This document shows positions 1 to 7,900 of a stretch of 45,262 bases of DNA, one piece after another. Below the pieces are notes generated by a model. The model did not search any database. It had not been told where the DNA came from and was given only the letters and a program-made list of their open reading frames with translations. Made by a program: the position numbers and the translations under genes. Origin of the DNA: a bacterium (GTDB lineage Bacteria; Krumholzibacteriota; Krumholzibacteriia; G020349025). Numbering within the stretch: position 1 is the first letter of the stretch; each line of letters begins with the position of its first letter. The stretch lies in the NCBI GenBank assembly GCA_031362565.1, contig JANLSU010000033.1:1-45262 (forward strand), read 5' to 3'.

Positions 1-1118
1 TGAACAACGGTGCTGCGAAGATCATAACAGGCCCTGGTTCGATGGTAGATGGATTCTCGCTCGGTCGCATTGCGACCGAGCAGTATCGCGAGGCGCTGTG
101 AGATTCGATGGCGCAGTTCCTCTCTCTCGCCAAGGAGGGCCTCCAGCGCCATCATGAGTTCAAGCAGCTGGTCGTCCGCGGTGCGCTCTTCGTGAGCGCG
201 CAAATAGCGCCGCATCGCCAGTTGAATGTCACGGGGTGCGTTCAGGAAGAATTCAAAGTACTCGGCGAAGAGAGACCTCAGAAATGGCTCAGCGTTCGGA
301 TTGAGCCCCCAGTCATCCAGTTCCCAGTAGCCTTCGTGACCAGCGGCGAGGGGATGCGGTATTGACGGGCTCCCGGTGAAGGGCATCCAGGTAATCGCGT
401 TATACGACCAACTACGAATCACGATTGGCTGCTCGAATGCCATCAGCAGGATGTGGATCGCTGCCATCGTTCTCGCATAGAGGTCCCCCGCATTCGGAGG
501 CACATCCTTCGGAACCGAGTGCTTCACGCTCAAATAGACATCGGTCGGTCGGACCGGCATTCCGACGGATCGGCCGTAAGGCAATAGTTCCCATTGAATA
601 TGAGCAGCCCCGGGCCCGACCGCGCCCAGGGTCATGTCCGGCATAAGGGCGATCGGTTCACCTGAGTAGGACACGTTCGCAAGGAGCGTGCTCACTTGCC
701 AAACCGCATGATCAGCGGTCAAGTACTCAAGGATTGGAGTGGCGCACTTGAGGGCTTTCTCCTCGTCCCAGGTCGGAGGCTCCGGCGCGGCGAGCAGACA
801 CTCCAATGGCCCGAAGAGGTAGAAGAACAGCACGTTCTCCGGCGTGTCGAGGTATCCGTGAAGTCCGTTGTTGAAAGTTTCTTGGAGATGCTGCGTCAAC
901 GCTTGCGTCTCAGGAAGGGCCGCCAGGTCACGCATTGCACTCTTCAGGACCAGCGTCCAATTGACTACCCGTACGGCGTCTTCTGCGTATCCTCCGTTGC
1001 CATCCCACCGCACGACGTACTGCGACCGCATAGGGACGTCTTTGCCCTGACCCCGCTCAAGGGCGATCGGGAACCCTTTCGCGAGATAATCGAGGAACAG
1101 CTTCTCGGCCGTGGTCAT
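1..1118 (-). CDS. Apea-like HEPN domain protein (3' end outside window)
   Basis: Hand translation of the minus strand from ATG 1118 is open to base 1: MTTAEKLFLDY...DIQLAMRRYLRAHEERTADDQLLELMMALEALLGEREELRHRISQRLAILLGRNATERESIYHRTRACYDLRSTVV(H). The ALEAL...R-A-LLG...YxxRSxxVH pattern is typical of Apea-type HEPN. The last codon is truncated (CA), so the His is inferred. The ORF track omits it because there is no stop in the window. Confidence 0.8.
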   Translation of the reverse strand, partial: MTTAEKLFLDYLAKGFPIALERGQGKDVPMRSQYVVRWDGNGGYAEDAVRVVNWTLVLKSAMRDLAALPETQALTQHLQETFNNGLHGYLDTPENVLFFYLFGPLECLLAAPEPPTWDEEKALKCATPILEYLTADHAVWQVSTLLANVSYSGEPIALMPDMTLGAVGPGAAHIQWELLPYGRSVGMPVRPTDVYLSVKHSVPKDVPPNAGDLYARTMAAIHILLMAFEQPIVIRSWSYNAITWMPFTGSPSIPHPLAAGHEGYWELDDWGLNPNAEPFLRSLFAEYFEFFLNAPRDIQLAMRRYLRAHEERTADDQLLELMMALEALLGEREELRHRISQRLAILLGRNATERESIYHRTRACYDLRSTVV

Positions 1119-1175
1119 TCGTCCGCCTGCCTCGACTCGAGCCTCACGTTGCACGGATCACACGGATTCCGCCGC

Positions 1176-1209
1176 CTGCTACCGTTTTGCTACCGTTTCA
1201 GCGCGGAAA
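1176..1209. repeat. 34-bp direct repeat copy A, with tandem TGCTACCG (putative integrase arm-type sites)
   Basis: CTGCTACCGTTTTGCTACCGTTTCAGCGCGGAAA; 32/34 identical to 2233-2266; the TGCTACCG units are 11 bp apart. Confidence 0.8.
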
Positions 1210-1349
1210 TGCGCTCCCAAGTGCTCCCTGCTGTTCCCTCTGACGCGACCATCGATTCGCACGCAACTCGTTGACCGATCTCGTACTTCGTTCTCGCGAC
1301 ATCACTTCGGTGGCTCGGCGCTAATCCATGTGAAAAGTGCTCGACCGAG

Positions 1350-1388
1350 TTAGAAGTCCGCTGCTCTATCCAACTGAGCTACAGCCGC
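1350..1388 (-). tRNA. tRNA-Arg(TCT) 5' half only (positions 1-38); probable att-site fragment
   Basis: GCGGCTGTAGCTCAGTTGGATAGAGCAGCGGACTTCTAA gives the acceptor 5' strand, D-arm with A20, anticodon stem 5' strand and the loop CT-TCT-AA. It is followed by CTCGG rather than the expected TCCGC, and no T-arm follows. Confidence 0.88.
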
Positions 1389-1460
1389 GCCTATAGCGAT
1401 CGGGACGTCGGGACCAACACGCGCAATCGCGCTCGTTTGCGTGACCCAGGGTATGCCGGA

Positions 1461-1781
1461 TCAGCTTCTCGCGCCAGCCTTGCGCTTGGCTCGCGAAACG
1501 ATTGTGACCTCCAGATGACCGTCCAGAGCTGCGGCAATACGTTGCAACATCCGTAGCGAATGACCTTCGTAATCGGCGTCCTCGAGCCTCGCGATCACGG
1601 ACTGGGTCGTACCAACAAGCTTCGCGAGTTGGGCTTGCGTTAGTCCCGCCGCGCAGCGCTTCTCATGGATCATCTGAGCCATGCGGAAGTTGAGACGATC
1701 CCGCGCAATCGTATCGCGGAGAGATGAATCGCGACCCGTCACCCCGTCGAGGATTTTGAGCGCATCCTTCGTTCTAGCCAT
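1461..1781 (-). CDS. XRE-family HTH antitoxin (HigA-like)
   Basis: GLTQAQLAKLVGTTQSVIARLE HTH; overlaps the end of the upstream toxin gene. Confidence 0.88.
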   Translation of the reverse strand: MARTKDALKILDGVTGRDSSLRDTIARDRLNFRMAQMIHEKRCAAGLTQAQLAKLVGTTQSVIARLEDADYEGHSLRMLQRIAAALDGHLEVTIVSRAKRKAGARS

Positions 1782-2163
1782 TTAGCAACTCCTCCTCGTA
1801 GGTGTGCGCCGCAGGATCCGCCTCGAAAGTCACTTTCCGGTCCAGCGCACGTGTCAAATCGCTCTTTGGGATAGCGGCTTCCTTGGTCAAGGCGTGAGTG
1901 AGAATCGCGATGTTTCGTCCGTGGAAGAAGTACAAGACTCGATAGTTCTCGCGCCCCACTCTCGCGCGAAGCTCATACACCCCATCCTGCAGGTAGTCGG
2001 CCAAGGGACGGCGAAGTTCGTGCCCTTGAGCGCCGAGCTCTTGGACCGCGGCGACGCACCGTGTGTAGGCTCTCCGGTTGGTTCTCCGGAGGTCGCGAAG
2101 CCAGGTAAGCACCGGTACCTCGCCGTTGGCAGCCTTGTAGAAATACAGCGCAGTCCGCGGCAT
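1774..2163 (-). CDS. RelE/ParE-superfamily toxin (Gp49/DUF891, HigB-like)
   Basis: G-x-ELRRPLADYLQDGVYELRARVGRENYRVLYFF...LTHALTK signature; toxin-first gene order. Confidence 0.88.
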   Translation of the reverse strand: MPRTALYFYKAANGEVPVLTWLRDLRRTNRRAYTRCVAAVQELGAQGHELRRPLADYLQDGVYELRARVGRENYRVLYFFHGRNIAILTHALTKEAAIPKSDLTRALDRKVTFEADPAAHTYEEELLNG

Positions 2164-2174
2164 TCCATGTTCTC

Positions 2175-2203
2175 AATATAGCATGTTTGCGATAACCTCG
2201 CAA
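2175..2203 (-). promoter_or_regulatory. sigma70-like promoter of the TA operon with overlapping inverted-repeat operator
   Basis: TTGCGA-N17-TATATT on the minus strand. The inverted repeat TTGCGA-GGTTA-TCGCAA (2187-2203) covers the -35. The ATG lies about 5 nt past the predicted TSS. Confidence 0.6.
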
Positions 2204-2232
2204 GCCGGTACAAACCGGCGCGGTGAAAACGG

Positions 2233-2266
2233 CTGCTACCGTCTTGCTACCGATTCAGCGCGGAAA
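2233..2266. repeat. 34-bp direct repeat copy B
   Basis: CTGCTACCGTCTTGCTACCGATTCAGCGCGGAAA; see copy A. Confidence 0.8.
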
Positions 2267-2535
2267 CGCACACCCTTCCGTTCTCTCGCGCTCCCATGAG
2301 GACGATTCGAGGTCCGGAGGATACCGCATTCGGGCACGCGCTTCGAGCGCTCGAAATTCGGAGCCTGCGACCGTGGTCGACCGCACATAGGACGATCGCG
2401 AAACCGGTTCGCCGCCGATGTGTGGATTGCTTCCTCCGCGGGATCACGGCACTGAAGGCGGCCCTCCTCGCGGAGAAGAGGACCGCCTCCGCCGACACTC
2501 CACGACCCGCCGCGTGGCGGCGAGCGCCCGTCCTC

Positions 2536-4585
2536 CTACCGCACCGCCAGCGCCTGCTGCAACGCCCGGATCTGCTCCGCCCCCTCGCGCACCTCGAGGC
2601 TCGCCCCCTTGAGGCATCACCAATCGGCTCCGCTCTCCCGCCCAGGTGATCCTTCAAGAACTGCTCGACCACCGCGTAGCACGAGATGTTGTTCTGCGGA
2701 TGGAAGAAGGTCAGGTGCCCCTCGTCCGGGTAGACCATGAACGTCACCGGGATTTTCCGTTCCTTCATCTTCGCAACGAGTTGCTCCCACTCAGGCAACG
2801 TGACGCGAACGTCGTTCGCCCCGTGGACGATCAAGAGCGGCTTCTTGATGTTCTCGACGTAGGTGATCGGTGAGCGGCTCAACAGGAACTTCTTCCCCTC
2901 CGACGTGCGTGGGTCGCCGATCCGCTGGTACATGATGTCCATCGCCGGACCCCAATATGCGGGGAACGACGCCAACATCGTCACCAAGCTCGAGACCCCG
3001 AAGATGTCGACGCCGCATGCGAAGGTGTCCGGCGTGCGCGCCAGCCCCCAGAGGGTTGCGTAGCCGCCGTAACTCCCGCCCATGATCGCGATCTTATCCT
3101 GCTGGGCGATGCCCGACTTCACGGCCCAAGCGACCGCATCCATCAGGTCGTCGTGCATTGTCCCGCCCCACTGTCCGTTCGAGGCGTTAATGAAAGCCTT
3201 GCCGAAGCCGGTCGAGCCCCGGAACTCGGGCATCAGCACCGCGTAGCCACGGTTTGCAGCCCATTGGTGCCACGCACTGAGCCCCAGTTGTCGCGGTACC
3301 ACGGACCACCGTGTGGCATGAGGACCATGGGAAGAGGTTGATCGGGGATGCCATCGCCGTTCGCGTCGCTCCCGACCGGCAGCGTCAAGTAGCAGACCAT
3401 GTCGAGGCCGTCGCGGGTCTTCAGGATGGGTGAATGCATCTTCGCGAGCTGGAGCGACTGGAGCGCCTTGCGGTTCGTGAACAGGAGCGAGGCGCGCTTC
3501 GACGGCCGATCGTAGAGGTAGAAGCGATACGGGCCGTCGTCCATCGAATAGCCGACCACCCACCGCTTGTCGTCGAGCGACGTCGAGAGGACCGGCACTT
3601 CCCCAGCGGCCACGGTCTTCAGATAGTCGAGATCGCCGGTGATCGCCGCATCGACGACCTTCCAGCTCCGGCGGTCGTAGTTGAAACTGACCGCCCGCAC
3701 CCGCCCCGTCGTGGGTTGCGTGAAGATGTTCTCGGCATCGGCACGCGGGTCCTCCGCGAGGACCACCCTCTTGCCGCTCGCGAGATCGATCGCGGTGACA
3801 ACCGAGGTGTTCCGCTCCCGGCTATCGAACATGTAGAGGATCCTGCCGTCGGCATCGAGCCCGATGGGACCGGTGTTGAAATTGTCCGTCGCCGAGATGT
3901 GGGTGTAGTTCACGTACTTCCCGTCGTCACCTCTGCGGAGCACTTCCTGGCTCCCATCTGGATTGGCCGTGGTAGCGAACCGGAGGTTGTAGTCATCGTC
4001 CACGAGGTAGCCCAAGTAACCCGGGTTTTCTTCGACCAGCGTGTCCTTGCCGGTCGTGAGGTCGATCCGATACGTGTCGTAGAGATGTTTGTCCCGATTG
4101 TTCAAGCCGACGAGAACCACGTTTGGCAGTCGCGAACTCACCCCCATGACCTCCGCCCTGACTCCGTCGTAGGGGGTGAGGTCCTTGATCTCCCGGCTCG
4201 CGAGATCGATGCGGTAGAGATGATGGTTCTCATCGCCGTCCTTGTCCTTGAGATAGAGGATGTGGCGGTTGTCGTACGCCCAGAAGTACTGGAGAACCCC
4301 GCTGCCTTTGTCGGCGGTAATCGCTTTCGCAGCCAAAGGATCGGTGGCCGGGCCGACCCAGATGTTGAGCACGCCGTCCATCGGTGCGAGGTAGGCGAGC
4401 TGTGTCCCGTCGGGTGAGATGCGGGGAGCGGCGCGGTCGGGGCTGCCAAAGAGCACGGTGCGGGGGATGAGCGGGACCTCCGCCGCATGGGCCGCGGCAG
4501 CCATCGCGCCGGCACCAATTCCGGCTCCGGCTGCGACCATGGCAACGAGCACAAGCAGTTCGTAGCGTCTCCTGAAAGGATTCAT
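2536..4585 (-). pseudogene. S9 family peptidase (dipeptidyl/acylaminoacyl peptidase), two apparent 1-nt deletions (or sequencing errors)
   Basis: Signal peptide plus beta-propeller (PLIPRTVLFGSPDR) up to HGGPWYRDNWG, then a frame switch near 3280 to WHQWAANRGYAV...GGSYGGY...ANDVRV...DEGH. A second switch near 2612 gives KGASLEVREGAEQIRALQQALAVR*. Confidence 0.82.
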
Positions 4586-4740
4586 CGGATCACTCCTGTG
4601 GTTTCCGTCCTTCATGCGCACGACGACGCCGGTCCGATTTTCGGATCGGACCGGACTGGACAGGTCTGGTGGACGAGGCGAAGCCGGGCGAGGTCGGGGC
4701 CGCCAAGAGACCGCGGCATCGTTGCGCCGCGGCCCGTTTA

Positions 4741-4770
4741 CAATTACATCATTATGTGAATTAATGTCAA
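4741..4770 (-). promoter_or_regulatory. AT-rich promoter/operator upstream of the S9 gene
   Basis: Perfect TTGACA, N16, TGTAAT, with the imperfect inverted repeat AATT(C)ACAT-AATG-ATGTAATT, set in GC-rich DNA. Confidence 0.45.
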
Positions 4771-4967
4771 GGCTGTGGCAAATCCCGCGTTGCTGTAGCT
4801 TTCAGGATTGAAACGCGCTGGCGAGGGCCACTCACCGCGTCCCCAACCGCTGCCGCCATCCCATGCGCACGCAAAGCGGCTGGGGATTCGACTGCAGCTC
4901 GGACTCGCCCAAGTCACTCGAAATCGCCCACCGTGATCGGACGCCGATTCGCGGGTCACGCCTGGAG

Positions 4968-5888
4968 TCAGTGGGGCTGTTGGTTGGCCGCTGGGCGGAT
5001 CCGGCCTGTGGCGCCTGGACTGCTCGCGCCGCTCGCGCGCAAATGGCCGACGAGGACCCGCAGGCATTCGCGCGGTACGCCACGGCCGGCAACCTTCCAT
5101 CCGAGTTCTTGGTCGGTAAGGCGCGCCAGGTCCTGAAGAGTCGGCGATTCGAGACGCGATCCCAGGGACGCGTCTGCCTGACAAGGCATTTGGTCGCCAT
5201 GGCCGCTGTGCCGCATGGCGAGCACATAGAAAGCGATATCCCACCGCTCCGCTGGCGACAAGGTGTCGAATGCCGGCATCGCAGTACCAGGCACTCCAAA
5301 CGTCATTCGATTGAACACCTGATAGGGCGACAAGGTTGTGTCGAGTTCCTCCGCCGTCAGATCGGGTGGCGGTGATGCAAGACGAACAGCAATGCGCTGC
5401 GCACGTCCGTCGCCTGCGTGACACGCGGCACATGCCTCCATGTAGAATTGCCGGCCGCGAACGAGGTCCGGTGCCTCATCGGGCCACAATTGCAAATCAT
5501 GGACCTGCACCAGCTCGCGCTGTAGTGCGTGCACGATCGTGACCACCGCCTGCGGTGGCGCCTGCTCGGTGACAAGGCGTTCAAGTTCACGGAGTTGCAC
5601 CACGAGCGAATCCGGAGGTGACGCATCGTTGTCCACGGTGAGGGCAGCGTGAACGTCGTCGACGAACCCGAGCTGTTCCGCGTATTCATCCGCATTGAGA
5701 ACCGTGCCGCTCCCACTCACTGCGCGCGAATAGTCGCCGCCAACATACTGGAGCAAGCCAAGGGCTCGATGGATGGAAGTATGGCTTGGGGATGGGCGAT
5801 GGAGAGTTCTGAGTCCACACGCCGCACCGAATGCGGCTACGAGTAGCGGGAGTACGACAGCGGGGACCAGTATCTTCGCCTTTTTCAT
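4968..5888 (-). CDS. Cytochrome c protein resembling the PbrT/FTR1 N-terminal region, no permease domain
   Basis: LLQYVGGDYSRAV...ADEYAEQLGF, CAACH heme motif, GVPGTAMPAF...ERWDIAFYV; GAGGA RBS before ATG 5888. Confidence 0.7.
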   Translation of the reverse strand: MKKAKILVPAVVLPLLVAAFGAACGLRTLHRPSPSHTSIHRALGLLQYVGGDYSRAVSGSGTVLNADEYAEQLGFVDDVHAALTVDNDASPPDSLVVQLRELERLVTEQAPPQAVVTIVHALQRELVQVHDLQLWPDEAPDLVRGRQFYMEACAACHAGDGRAQRIAVRLASPPPDLTAEELDTTLSPYQVFNRMTFGVPGTAMPAFDTLSPAERWDIAFYVLAMRHSGHGDQMPCQADASLGSRLESPTLQDLARLTDQELGWKVAGRGVPRECLRVLVGHLRASGASSPGATGRIRPAANQQPH

Positions 5889-5994
5889 TGTCATTCCTCG
5901 CAAAGGCGCAATGAGGAGTCCGTGGACAGAAGTGCGTCCTGTGCCTTGGAGGCATCGACCCGTACGGGAGGCCGACCCCTGCCACGGACCCCAA

Positions 5995-6501
5995 TCACTC
6001 GAGCGGTCGCCTGGAGCCGAGATGCGCGCGCCAGCCAACAACCTGGCCGTCGGGCAACTTCACCCAGTGACTCTCATCGCTCCGTGGAAGGGATCGACTC
6101 GATTGCCACTGGAGATGAACCACGGTCAGACGGCCGTCCTCGATGACCACGGGCACCTTCACCACGGGAAACTTCTCCGCTCTCGCTTCCACGAGATACG
6201 TCCCCTCCGGCAGCATGACCGCCGTTGGCTCCTCGCTCGCGATACTGATGCGGCCATTCGTCCTGACGTTCTTGAACAGGCTGCCATCACTTGAATAGAT
6301 GCGGTAGCCCGTGAAGCACACCGGCCCCTCATTTCCGAGTTCTTCGGTGGGCGTATAGATCTTCAGAATGCCGTTCGCGGTCGCCTTGCCCTGCGGCGTG
6401 GGTCCGACAGGCTCGAGCACCACAGGTGGACCCGGTGCACAGCAGACAGTCATGAGGGAAAGAACACCGAGCACACTGGAAAGACTTGCCTTCATTTTCA
6501 T
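5995..6501 (-). CDS. Hypothetical lipoprotein (beta-sandwich, LPEGTYLVEA)
   Basis: Basic N-terminus, hydrophobic stretch, Cys at the signal end; co-oriented with neighbours. Confidence 0.6.
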   Translation of the reverse strand: MKMKASLSSVLGVLSLMTVCCAPGPPVVLEPVGPTPQGKATANGILKIYTPTEELGNEGPVCFTGYRIYSSDGSLFKNVRTNGRISIASEEPTAVMLPEGTYLVEARAEKFPVVKVPVVIEDGRLTVVHLQWQSSRSLPRSDESHWVKLPDGQVVGWRAHLGSRRPLE

Positions 6502-6730
6502 GACAGTCCCACTTCCACCGGCGACAGAATCGAGGCGAGCAGGGTCGGTGTTCCGACCCGCGGCGCGGACACCAAGGCCGCGTCACTCTGCTCGTTCGTT
6601 CCTTGTCATTCTAGCGGGGTGGACCACGGCGGATGTCATTCCTGGGTCCTGGGAGTGTACCGGCGCCGTAACAATTTGTTGGCTGCAGCGTGGCACGCCG
6701 GCCGTGACCGTCAGGGCAGCTCGATGAGGA

Positions 6731-7675
6731 TCAACGGAACAGCGTCTTGAGAACTCCCCACGACGTCGCCGTCACGCCGAGCGGGCAATCCTCCGTGCAT
6801 GCGCTGCTCTCGTCGTCATAGAAGGGGCCTGGTTCGTCGGCCGTCTTCTGGATCTCGGTCGCGCCCATCTTGCCGATATACAGCATCTTGGCGATTGCCC
6901 GGCTGCCGGTGCCATCCGGCGCAACGGCGGCGTCGAGCCGTTGTTGGAGAGTCTTCCATTTGTTCTTGAAGTCCGTACCGACAAGCGTCGTCCCGATCGC
7001 CGCGCTCGCCGCCGCGGAGTCGGCGGCGCTCATCGTGGCGCCGGCGCGCTTGCGCCAGGCGCGACGCGCGATGGTCACGGCGTTGACGTTCGTCGAGTTG
7101 ATCGTCGAGACCGAACCACCGAGGGCGACGATTGCGTCGCGCAGCGTCGTCGCTACAGATGTGACTCCGCCGCCGGATGCGCCGGCCTGACAGACAACGA
7201 GATGGATCGTCATGTTCGTCTTGGCGGGCTCGCCGTCGAGCGGGTAGGCGTCGGGGATACAAGCGTCCGTGACGCCAGTGCCGGTCCCGAATCCCTTGTA
7301 CTTCGTTGCGCCGATCGCGATGACGCCCGTACGCCCGTGCAACAGGACGACGAGCACTCCACCATCGGCCTTCAAGAGATCGAAGCCGCCGGCGAAGGTG
7401 TCGCCGGCACCGATATCGACTGCCCGCTTGAGGCCGTCCGCTGACACGAGCGGCGGTAGCACGTTGGTCGCACCCGGATCGGGATTCCCGAAAGCGTCGA
7501 GGAGCCCAAGCCTTTGGCGGGCGAGCCCCTCGTCCTGATTGTCCTGGTTGCGCGTCGTGTCGTAGATGATGACTTCCTCGAGATGATCCGCCCGCAGCGT
7601 GCGTGGAGCCATCGCCAAGCTCGAGAGCACCAGACCGAACGTCGCGACGACGAGCCTTCGAGTGTGTGAGAGCAT
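6731..7675 (-). CDS. Secreted hypothetical protein with C-terminal SWGxxKxLFR motif
   Basis: GGAGG RBS, signal peptide MLSHTRRLVVATFGLVLSSLAMAPRTLRA, ends CPLGVTATSWGVLKTLFR*. Confidence 0.75.
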   Translation of the reverse strand: MLSHTRRLVVATFGLVLSSLAMAPRTLRADHLEEVIIYDTTRNQDNQDEGLARQRLGLLDAFGNPDPGATNVLPPLVSADGLKRAVDIGAGDTFAGGFDLLKADGGVLVVLLHGRTGVIAIGATKYKGFGTGTGVTDACIPDAYPLDGEPAKTNMTIHLVVCQAGASGGGVTSVATTLRDAIVALGGSVSTINSTNVNAVTIARRAWRKRAGATMSAADSAAASAAIGTTLVGTDFKNKWKTLQQRLDAAVAPDGTGSRAIAKMLYIGKMGATEIQKTADEPGPFYDDESSACTEDCPLGVTATSWGVLKTLFR

Positions 7676-7900
7676 GTGAATCCTCCAGATGAAAACTCCA
7701 GCGCCCAGTCGACGGCACGCAAGGCGTGCGGCCCCCCTGGAGCGCGATGGCAGTCTCTCGAGGACGATAGTTTGCAGCGTGCGGCAAGAGTGTGTCAACT
7801 GGCGCCAGGTTGCCAAGTTCGAAGTACGGCGCCACGCCATGGCCGGCGTTTGCCGCCGTTTTCAGGCTGGAGGCGGACCCGCGCTTCGCGGGGTGTACAG

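Noticed and set aside
108..1274. Plus-strand ORFs 108..365, 425..646 and 696..1274
   Set aside because: They are antisense shadows of the minus-strand HEPN ORF and have no recognisable motifs.
1200..1388. Group I intron interrupting tRNA-Arg
   Set aside because: No 3' exon appears in the window, I see no intron core, the break is at the loop end, and arm-like repeats fit an att site better. It cannot be fully excluded without the left flank.
1176..2266. 34-bp repeats as a CRISPR array or iterons
   Set aside because: Only two copies about 1 kb apart, with genes between them and no cas or rep gene.
3270..3290. Programmed frameshift in the S9 peptidase
   Set aside because: No canonical slippery heptamer, a second independent break exists, and the family is not known to me to be recoded.
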